A DNA stretch of 64,000 nt from a bacterium BMS3Abin08 (GTDB lineage Bacteria; Nitrospirota; Thermodesulfovibrionia; Thermodesulfovibrionales; JdFR-85), in contig BDTA01000046.1 in the NCBI GenBank assembly GCA_002897935.1, positions 17,934 through 81,933 of the forward strand, read 5' to 3'. Positions 38,746-46,337 of the stretch are shown in pieces (the first letter of the stretch is position 1; each line of letters opens with the position of its first letter). The notes under the pieces are model-generated. The model made no database searches, was not told where the DNA came from, and saw nothing but the letters and a program-made list of their open reading frames with translations. Both the position numbers and the translations under genes were made by a program.

Positions 38746-39022
38746 TCTCAGTTTTCTTGCCCTTTTTATCCTCTTTCTTTTTCTTCTCCGGGGTCTTTTT
38801 CTCCGGGGTCTTCTTCTCAGCATCCATCGCCTTCTTCCTCTCCGCAGAAGGATAATCAGTCACATACCAGCCACTGCCCTTTAAAACAAAGGAGGAGGCA
38901 GATATCAGCTTCTTGAGTTCTCCCCCACATTCAGGACAGGTTGATAGGGGTGGATCACTGAATTTCTGGACTGCTTCAAGATGCTTCTCACAACTGAGAC
39001 AGACATACTCATAAATCGGCAC
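38732..39022 (-). CDS. FmdB-family zinc-ribbon protein with Lys/Glu-rich tail
   Basis: MPIYEYVCLSCE...CPECGG is the CxxC...CxxC zinc ribbon. The tail is KKTPEKKTPEKKKKEDKKGKK. Confidence 0.85.
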   Translation of the reverse strand: MPIYEYVCLSCEKHLEAVQKFSDPPLSTCPECGGELKKLISASSFVLKGSGWYVTDYPSAERKKAMDAEKKTPEKKTPEKKKKEDKKGKKTETATV

Positions 39023-39179
39023 GGGAAAATCACCTCCTGTAAACTTAGATAATCAGTACTCCTATATTATAAAACATTAGACATATTAATACCTCAATGC
39101 TGCGGTAAATTGGCAACCACAACAGGGCCAGCCCTTAATTCATTACCAGGGGACAGTCTGCAACTCACGACTCAGACCG

Positions 39180-39560
39180 CTAAAAGCTCACGCTCTGCCG
39201 TTCCATGAGCATCTCCACGAGGAAACTCCCCGGCTTCGCCTCTGCGTTCCTGATCAGCTCGGCGCCATCAAGCCCGTAAGGCTTAAAACATGACGCACAA
39301 ACATAAAACTTCACATCAAAATCCTCCACAAGGGTTTTAACGAGATCGGCGATTGGTGAAAAACCGTCCTTTTTCTGCCAAGTAACCGTCTCAGCAAAAC
39401 CCTTCTTGGCAAGCAGCACACCCTCGTTAATCAGAAAAAAATCCAGTTCCACATCAAATGCCTTCATATTGGTTGCAAGTTGCATGGCGCCGGCAGCCAC
39501 ATCCGGCTTGTCAAAGGAATGATTAAGGATAAAAACAAACTTCTTGTTCTCCATGTCCAC
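39180..39560 (-). CDS. DsrE/DsrF-like family protein
   Basis: 126 aa. The size and pattern (KFVFILNH...FFLINEGV...FYVCASC) are typical of the DsrE-like fold. Confidence 0.6.
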   Translation of the reverse strand: MDMENKKFVFILNHSFDKPDVAAGAMQLATNMKAFDVELDFFLINEGVLLAKKGFAETVTWQKKDGFSPIADLVKTLVEDFDVKFYVCASCFKPYGLDGAELIRNAEAKPGSFLVEMLMERQSVSF

Positions 39561-39625
39561 CTCCTGCTGGTTTTTTTATTATATGGATCGAGTGATTACC
39601 TTGCAAGCAGGCAATAATTTATTAT

Positions 39626-39639
39626 ACTGACCGGTCAGT
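39626..39639. promoter_or_regulatory. Perfect 14-bp palindrome ACTGACCGGTCAGT upstream of the dsrE-like gene
   Basis: Lies 66-79 nt upstream of the start at 39560, in AT-rich context. Confidence 0.25.
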
Positions 39640-39695
39640 GTAATTGTCAATTAGTTAAAAGACTTCTTGACAACGCATGGCAACTTTCCTGTTTA

Positions 39696-39827
39696 GAGTC
39701 TGTGTATAAAATCGAATAGTTGCCGTTTTTCCGTCATTCCGGCTTGTCCGGAATCGTTATTTAAGAAGGATTCCCGACATGCTTCGCTTGCGGGAATGAC
39801 AAATAACCATAGTTTATACACAGGCAC
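39696..39827 (+). mobile_element. MITE family A, copy A1 (132 bp)
   Basis: TIRs gagtctgtgtataaa / tttatacacaggcac (13/15 match). TA on both flanks. Internal gtcattccggcttgtccggaatc and gattcccg...cgggaatgac hairpins. Confidence 0.85.
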
Positions 39828-40014
39828 TATTTAGCAATTAAGTTGAACCCGGCTCCGGTGATAAAAAAAGCGCATGACTTACGACTAATGAAAAGAAGCG
39901 ATATGACGGAACTCACTGGATCAGGGTTGAATAGCCTTTTGACCGCACATAGAGGCATTCCCTGTCCCCATACCCCCTGTAACCGTGCTATTTCAATTTC
40001 AGCTCAACCCTGCT

Positions 40015-40827
40015 CTATACCCGGGACTTTAACCCCAGGACATCGTTCATATCATAGAGACCCCGTTCCCTGCCATAAACCCAGGTGACAGCCCTTAGAG
40101 CTCCCTTTGCAAAGGTATCTCTACTTGACGCCTTGTGGGTTATCTCTATCCGTTCCCCTGCTGTGGCAAACATTACAGTGTGTTCACCAACGATATCCCC
40201 TGCCCTGATGGTTTGTATACCTATTTCCTTACTGCCCCGTTCTCCTATAAGACCCTTCCGTGCGTATACGGCAACCTCTTCGAGGTTCCTTCCCAGGGAA
40301 TCGGCGAGTATGCGGGCCATCTTCAGGGCCGTTCCACTGGGTGCATCCTTCTTCATCCGGTGATGAGCCTCGATGATTTCAATATCATAATCATCCCCAA
40401 GCACCATAGCGACATCGGCAAGGACCTTGAAAAGAAGGTTCACCCCGACAGACATATTCGGGGCCATTACACAGGGTATCCCGCTGGTTAAGGTTCTGAT
40501 CTCCAGGATATCATCATTACTGAAACCCGTTGTGCCTATCACCATTGCCTTTTTCTTCTCTGAAGCAATTCTGAGGTTGTGTAAGGTTGCAGCTGCAGAG
40601 GTGAAATCCACCACAACATCGCACTTGTCGATCACATCTCGGATATCATCCACAAGCATCACGCCCGTTTCACCTGTCCCGATTAAAAGACCAATATCCT
40701 GGCCCACCTTCCCGTGCCCTTGCCTTTCAAAGGCCCCGGCAAGGTCCATCTCCGGATTTTCAAGACAGAGGGCAGCTATCCTGCTCCCCATCCTTCCCGT
40801 CGCCCCTGCTACAGCAACATTGATCAT
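40015..40827 (-). CDS. dapB: 4-hydroxy-tetrahydrodipicolinate reductase
   Basis: VAVAGATGRMG and EAHHRMKKDAPSGTA. GGAGGG lies 4 nt upstream of ATG 40827; the ORF itself opens at 40839. Confidence 0.93.
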   Translation of the reverse strand: MINVAVAGATGRMGSRIAALCLENPEMDLAGAFERQGHGKVGQDIGLLIGTGETGVMLVDDIRDVIDKCDVVVDFTSAAATLHNLRIASEKKKAMVIGTTGFSNDDILEIRTLTSGIPCVMAPNMSVGVNLLFKVLADVAMVLGDDYDIEIIEAHHRMKKDAPSGTALKMARILADSLGRNLEEVAVYARKGLIGERGSKEIGIQTIRAGDIVGEHTVMFATAGERIEITHKASSRDTFAKGALRAVTWVYGRERGLYDMNDVLGLKSRV

Positions 40828-40994
40828 CTTGCCCTCCATTTTATTTTATAAGGATGCCCTTAATACCCCGAATCCCTCTCGGGGGTGTCCGTCATGGATC
40901 AGGTCCAAATGGTTCTTTTGTATGAATATTATCATAGCAGAAGCACCTCTCAGATGCCAATTCCGAATCCGCCGTTTGAGTCGTGGGTCAAATT

Positions 40995-41140
40995 GAGGGC
41001 AGGTGGGTAATGGCTTTGAGCGGTTTTCAAGCAATCGTTATGCTTCACCCTCCCGGTGAAGCATAACGATTGCTTGCCTCGGAGTCCCGACTTGATGTCG
41101 GGACGAGAATGAGACGAAAAGCCATTACCCATCTGCCCTC
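40995..41140. mobile_element. MITE-like element, family E (146 bp)
   Basis: 23-bp TIRs gagggcaggtgggtaatggcttt / aaagccattacccatctgccctc (22/23). Internal perfect 22-bp stem (41028-41049 / 41055-41076) and a 7-bp stem (41084-41104). Confidence 0.8.
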
Positions 41141-41171
41141 TGCGCTTAAGCAGAGACTGTGGAGTTGTGCT

Positions 41172-41334
41172 GTCATTCTGAATTCATTTCAGAATCTCGT
41201 ATTTTCAACATATTGCGATTTATAGAATAATGTTACATCTTGTAGAGATCCTGAAACAAGTTCAGGATGACAGCAAACAAATTCCTACTATAAACAGGGT
41301 TCAGAGCCTGTCCCGTACTTGATACGGGAATGAC
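41172..41334. repeat. Three GTCAT-hairpin modules (family D)
   Basis: gtcattctgaattcatttcagaatc (41172-41196), gatcctgaaacaagttcaggatgac (41247-41271), gtcccgtacttgatacgggaatgac (41310-41334). Related modules recur at about 55803-55830, 57642-57665 and 57908-57927. Confidence 0.75.
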
Positions 41335-41408
41335 AATTTATGGGTTGGACAACAAACAGGTAAAAGGCATCTATTGAAAATTACGTCTCCCTTAGGATAG
41401 ACTTCTAA

Positions 41409-42302
41409 ATGCCTCTCTCCCTTAAAAAAAGAGAGCAGATCTTTGGATTACTCCTTCTTGCACCAACCTTCCTCTTTATCTCCGCCTTTGCCTTCTACCC
41501 CATTGTTTATTCCTTTATCCTCAGTTCAAAAAAGATCATAATCGGTCTCCCGGAAATAGGGGAAGGCTTTGTCGGTCTTTCGAATTACCGCGCACTGCTG
41601 CATGATCAGAATGCCTTAAATGCCTTTAAAAACACCATCGTCTTTGTCCTGGTCTCCACCTTTCTCGAAATTGCAGCCGGTCTTGTTATTGCATTGATAA
41701 TACACAGGGAATTCAGGGGACGGGGGCTCGTAAGGGCAGCCATCCTCATACCATGGGCCATACCCACTGTGGTGTCATCCCAGATGTGGCGGTTTATACT
41801 CAATGACAAGTACGGGCTGATAAACTACATCCTCTATGGAAACAACGTTACCGGCTACAAGGCCTGGCTTGCAGACCCTTTGACTGCATTTACGGCAATT
41901 ATTACGGCGGATGTATGGAAGACCTCATCCTTTGCAGCCCTCCTCATACTTGCAGGACTCCAGATGATCCCCGACGAACTCTACGAGGCCGCACGGGTTG
42001 ACGGTGCAAATGCCTGGCAACGGTTTACGAGGATTACCCTGCCCCTCATAAGACCCGCCATTGTTGTGGCTCTGCTCTTCAGGACGATGGATGCCTTCAG
42101 GGTGTTCGACCTTGTTTTTGTAATGACACAGGGGGGGCCGGGGGATGCTACAAACGTACTCCAGTTCTATGGCTACAAAAAGATCTTCGCTGAAGGGCTT
42201 ATGGGCTATGGTTCAACCATCTCCGTACTTGTGTTTCTGATTACCCTGGTAATCTCATTACTGTACATCAGGACAGTAGGGAGGAAATTGATTGTTCAAT
42301 AA
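41409..42302 (+). CDS. ABC carbohydrate-type transporter permease (MalF/UgpA-like)
   Basis: 297 aa, 6 TM. EAA loop YEAARVDGANAWQRFTRITLP. Confidence 0.88.
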   Translation: MPLSLKKREQIFGLLLLAPTFLFISAFAFYPIVYSFILSSKKIIIGLPEIGEGFVGLSNYRALLHDQNALNAFKNTIVFVLVSTFLEIAAGLVIALIIHREFRGRGLVRAAILIPWAIPTVVSSQMWRFILNDKYGLINYILYGNNVTGYKAWLADPLTAFTAIITADVWKTSSFAALLILAGLQMIPDELYEAARVDGANAWQRFTRITLPLIRPAIVVALLFRTMDAFRVFDLVFVMTQGGPGDATNVLQFYGYKKIFAEGLMGYGSTISVLVFLITLVISLLYIRTVGRKLIVQ

Positions 42303-43125
42303 AACCGCAAAGAGGCTTTACCCGGCGGGCTTTCTCCTGCTCGTATCGATAGTTGTTTTTTTAAGTCTTCTGCCATTCCTCTGGTTCCTGATAACCTCCC
42401 TCAAGTCACAGATCGAGGTAACATCCATACCACCCCGATTAGTACCCTCTTTCTCCCTGTATTTCTACAAATCCGCAATCAGGGAATACAACCTCCTTCA
42501 CTTTGTAAAAAACAGCGCTATAGTGGCGGGTTTCACCACCCTTTTCACCATAGTCCTGTCGATCTTCTCCGGTTATGCCCTCTCCAGGCTGAGGCTCAAA
42601 CACAGGGGCCTGATCATGGGAAGTCTTCTCCTTGTATCCATGTTTCCACAGATTTCGATAGCGGGACCGGTCTGGAGGACCCTTGATGCCCTTGGATGGC
42701 TTAACTCCTACCAGGGGCTTATAGTACCCTATGTTACGCTTACTCTCCCCCTGGGGGTCTGGATACTCACGGGGTTTTTCAATGAACTCCCGAAGGAGCT
42801 TGAAGATGCTGCAAGGATTGACGGGTGCAGCCACTTCCAGACACTCTTCAAAATCATTGTCCCGCTGTCTGCACCAGGGGTCTTCACAGCCGCAATACTC
42901 GTCTTTATTTACGCCTGGAACGAATTCTTCTTTGCCCTCCTTATCATGACACAGCAGGACTATCAAACCCTGCCGGTCGGGATAGCGCTTTTCCAGGGAC
43001 AGTATACCGTACCCTGGGGTGAGATTGCAGCCGCTTCCACCGTGGCTACGGTCCCGCTGGTTTTACTTGTTTTCATCTTTCAGAAACGGATAGTAAAGGG
43101 GCTGTCGGCAGGCTCGATAAAATAA
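42292..43125 (+). CDS. ABC carbohydrate-type transporter permease (MalG/UgpE-like)
   Basis: 277 aa. EAA loop EDAARIDGCSHFQTLFKIIVP. Overlaps the upstream permease gene by 11 nt. Confidence 0.88.
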   Translation: MFNKTAKRLYPAGFLLLVSIVVFLSLLPFLWFLITSLKSQIEVTSIPPRLVPSFSLYFYKSAIREYNLLHFVKNSAIVAGFTTLFTIVLSIFSGYALSRLRLKHRGLIMGSLLLVSMFPQISIAGPVWRTLDALGWLNSYQGLIVPYVTLTLPLGVWILTGFFNELPKELEDAARIDGCSHFQTLFKIIVPLSAPGVFTAAILVFIYAWNEFFFALLIMTQQDYQTLPVGIALFQGQYTVPWGEIAAASTVATVPLVLLVFIFQKRIVKGLSAGSIK

Positions 43126-43251
43126 AGACCGTTAATTCCGCGTTTTTCCGGTCTGCCTGTAAAGCGAGACTCCTTGCAATTGAATCAGGATTTGTTTTGG
43201 CTGATAACTTTAGGGTATAATATATTCAAATATTACCTTGAGCAATCCGAC

Positions 43252-43494
43252 ATGTTACCAAAGTTAGCGCTGATATTCGGTCTTTTTTCCCTGACCTATA
43301 TGCTGAACCTGCCCTTTGGTTTTTTCAGGGGAAAGACCAGGAAATACTCATTCAAGTGGTTCCTTTATATCCACCTCCCCATACCCCTCATCTTCCTTGC
43401 CCGCACCTTCTCACACCTCGATTTCAGATATATCCCCATCTTTGTGGTGGCAGCCGTTCTCGGCCAGATCTTTGGAGGCAAGATCCAGATCTGA
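43252..43494 (+). CDS. Small 3-TM membrane protein, unknown function
   Basis: Internal ATG 43252 (MLPKLALIFGLF...). TATAAT at 43215-43220 upstream. No motif recognised. Confidence 0.4.
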   Translation: MLPKLALIFGLFSLTYMLNLPFGFFRGKTRKYSFKWFLYIHLPIPLIFLARTFSHLDFRYIPIFVVAAVLGQIFGGKIQI

Positions 43495-43802
43495 TGCTCC
43501 GGGCAATTCCCGAAAAGAAAAGAATAACCGTATTTACTCCTGTGTTTCGTCATCCCTTCTTCGGCCGGGCCATAGCGCCACTGAGGCTTTAGCAGACAAC
43601 TCAACCCCGGCACCACTTTTCCCGTTAGATTCTTTGCCGGATCCTTAATGACAAGGCGCACTTTCTCTGGATTCCTTTACAGTCCGTCGCGGCAATGACC
43701 GATGGGTGTGTATTTCCCCTGATTTACCGGACAGCTGCGGTTGTATCTTGTTAGAAAACATCAAAAAATATTATGATATCAAATTAAATGAAAGGAGAAT
43801 TG

Positions 43803-45227
43803 ATGTCGGAAAAGAAAAAGACCCTTGTTGATTATGTCTGGGATTCCTTCGCATCGATCAAGCTCGCCGTTGTCCTCTTTGCACTTATTTCCCTTTCCTC
43901 GATCGTGGGAACCGTGCTTGAACAGGGAGCCGAACCTGAGAAAAACCTGATCGTTCTCAAGAGGATTTTTGGTGATTCCATTGCACCGGGTGCATACAGG
44001 TTCTTTGAATCGTTGGGGTTCATGGACATGTACCATTCCTGGTGGTTTGTCAGCTTTCTGGTGCTCTTTGCAGCCAATCTGATTATCTGTTCCCTCGACC
44101 GCCTCCCCCGGATTCTCAAGCTTGTACGTGAGCCTGCCAGGCCCATCAGGCCACAAATGGTGAAATCCTCATCCATTAAACGAAGTGTTACCTTGAAGGG
44201 CTCTCCTGAAGCATTAAAGGACTCCCTTCTTAAGCACCTGAAATCCTCCGGATTCAAGGCCCTTGACAGCCCCCTGGAAAACGGGGGCTACCAGTTGTAC
44301 TCCCAGAAGGGAAGCTGGACACGTCTCGGGGTTTATATAACACACCTAAGTATTCTTGTAATCCTCTCAGGAGCCGTAATCGGGATATTCTTCGGGTTCA
44401 GAGGTTTTCTCAACCTGCCGGAGGGATACACCTCAGATGTTGCCTATACAATGAACGGCCAGCCGCAGAAACTGGGATTTTCAGTGCGATGTGATGATTT
44501 TGACGTAGAGTTTTACGGCTCGTCTGAAATGCCCAAGGACTACAAGAGCTGGCTTTCAATTATTAAAAACGGACGGGTTGTGGTCAAGAAGATGATCGAG
44601 GTTAATAACCCCCTGAAGTTCGGAGGATATACCTTCTATCAGTCAAGTTATGGAATGATGCCAAACCCTCAGGGGTACTTTATTCTCAAGGTTACAGGTA
44701 AGAACAACGGGACCGAGACAGTCACCAAGAGACTTGGCGAATCATTCACGATCCCGGGCACCGACTTGATTGGAACAATCAAGAATTACAGCCCGGCCCT
44801 TGCAACCGATGCATCTGGAAAACCATACACATACTCGGATATGATGACCAACCCGGCAGCGTATATCGTATTTACGGAAAAGGGAAAAGAAAAATACTCG
44901 GGATGGGTTCTGAAGCGCTATCCGGAAACATGGAAGCTGCCGGACGGCAACATGGTAAAATTCATCGATTACTGGGGGGCTCAGTATACAGGACTACAGG
45001 TAAGAAAAGACCCCGGCGTCTGGTTGGTATATCTCGGTAGCATTATTATGGGCATAGGGCTATTTACCACCTTCTTCATGAACCATAAAAAACTGTGGGT
45101 CCTTGTAGAGAAAAACGGCAATAACAGCAACCTTACCATAGTGGGATCATCCAACAAGAACAGGGCGGCCATGGAAAAAAAGATCGAAAGGCTTGTTGGA
45201 AAACTCACCGACGGAGAGAAGAAGTGA
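43803..45227 (+). CDS. resB: Cytochrome c biogenesis protein ResB/Ccs1 (System II)
   Basis: AAAGGAG RBS before ATG 43803. N-terminus WDSFASIKLAVVLFALI, a large periplasmic domain, and a C-terminal TM. Precedes ccsA. Confidence 0.85.
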   Translation: MSEKKKTLVDYVWDSFASIKLAVVLFALISLSSIVGTVLEQGAEPEKNLIVLKRIFGDSIAPGAYRFFESLGFMDMYHSWWFVSFLVLFAANLIICSLDRLPRILKLVREPARPIRPQMVKSSSIKRSVTLKGSPEALKDSLLKHLKSSGFKALDSPLENGGYQLYSQKGSWTRLGVYITHLSILVILSGAVIGIFFGFRGFLNLPEGYTSDVAYTMNGQPQKLGFSVRCDDFDVEFYGSSEMPKDYKSWLSIIKNGRVVVKKMIEVNNPLKFGGYTFYQSSYGMMPNPQGYFILKVTGKNNGTETVTKRLGESFTIPGTDLIGTIKNYSPALATDASGKPYTYSDMMTNPAAYIVFTEKGKEKYSGWVLKRYPETWKLPDGNMVKFIDYWGAQYTGLQVRKDPGVWLVYLGSIIMGIGLFTTFFMNHKKLWVLVEKNGNNSNLTIVGSSNKNRAAMEKKIERLVGKLTDGEKK

Positions 45228-45254
45228 AAACGAACGTTCTTGGAGGAGGTTTAA

Positions 45255-46334
45255 ATGGATAGTTCAACGCTTTTCGGCATTGCCACACTTGGCTATATTC
45301 TGGCTATGATTGCATATATATCCTATCTCGTCTTCAAAAATGAACTGATCGGCAAAATTGCAACCGGTATAACCGTTATCAGCTTTCTATCACAGACCGT
45401 GGCATTTCTCCTCAGGTGGTTTGAGTTTTACACTACAATGGGCGTTCCCATATGGAGACCACCCATCACGAACCTTTACGAATCTCTGATATTCTTTGTC
45501 TGGTGTCTGATCCTTGGCTATCTTATAATCGAATTCAGGTACAAGACCAGGGCCTTCGGGGCCTTTATTACACCTATTGCAGGTCTGGCACTTGCCTTTA
45601 TAGAAATGTCGGGCATGTCAAAGGGGATCCAGCCTCTCGTGCCCGCGCTGCAGAGCAACTGGCTGCTTGCCCACGTCACAATGAGTTTTGTCTCCTATGC
45701 AGCCTTTGCCATCTCTTTCGGTACCGGCCTGATGTATCTTATTGAAAAGACGGAGAAGAGGTCGGAACCTGCATACATATTCTGGACCGTATCCCTTGGA
45801 ATCCTGATCATACTTCTCGTCGCAATGGGGCTGGACTACCTGAAGTACCACGTAGTCGCCACAAACCCGGAGACCATAAGTTACCTCTTTAAGGCAACTT
45901 TCAAGAGCAGCTCTGCTATGGTGTCCCTGATAAGCTGGATTGCGGCCTTCACGCTCCTGGCCTTGATCTGGCGTTACGGCTATGTTTTAAAGAGGGTTGT
46001 TGCCGCCTTTAATGTTACCCCTGCGCTGCTTGAGGAACTCACCTACAAGTCCATAGCGGTAGGGTTTCCGATCTTCACACTCGGCGGTCTCATCTTCGGA
46101 GCGATCTGGGCAGATCAGGCCTGGGGGGTCTATTGGAGCTGGGACCCTAAAGAGACATGGTCACTCATAACATGGTTCATCTATGCCTTCTTTCTCCATG
46201 CCAGACTTATACGGGGGTGGAGGGGCAATAAGGTGGCGGTTGTAGCCGTGCTGGGCTTTGTCACGGTCATCTTCACCTATCTCGGTGTCAATCTGCTCCT
46301 GTCAGGACTACACAGTTACGGCGGTATGAATTAG
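45255..46334 (+). CDS. ccsA: Cytochrome c-type biogenesis protein CcsA/ResC (System II heme handling)
   Basis: 359 aa, polytopic. Trp-rich motif WADQAWGVYWSWDPKETW. Confidence 0.9.
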   Translation: MDSSTLFGIATLGYILAMIAYISYLVFKNELIGKIATGITVISFLSQTVAFLLRWFEFYTTMGVPIWRPPITNLYESLIFFVWCLILGYLIIEFRYKTRAFGAFITPIAGLALAFIEMSGMSKGIQPLVPALQSNWLLAHVTMSFVSYAAFAISFGTGLMYLIEKTEKRSEPAYIFWTVSLGILIILLVAMGLDYLKYHVVATNPETISYLFKATFKSSSAMVSLISWIAAFTLLALIWRYGYVLKRVVAAFNVTPALLEELTYKSIAVGFPIFTLGGLIFGAIWADQAWGVYWSWDPKETWSLITWFIYAFFLHARLIRGWRGNKVAVVAVLGFVTVIFTYLGVNLLLSGLHSYGGMN

Positions 46335-46337
46335 TAC

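Noticed and set aside
38746-38823. Extremely Arg/Lys-rich N-terminal extension (MLRRRPRRKRPRRRKRKRIKRARK) of ORF 37969..38823.
   Set aside because: It is the alternate reading frame of the Lys/Glu-rich tail of the FmdB-like gene. It is probably not translated, so I kept it only as part of the start-codon puzzle.
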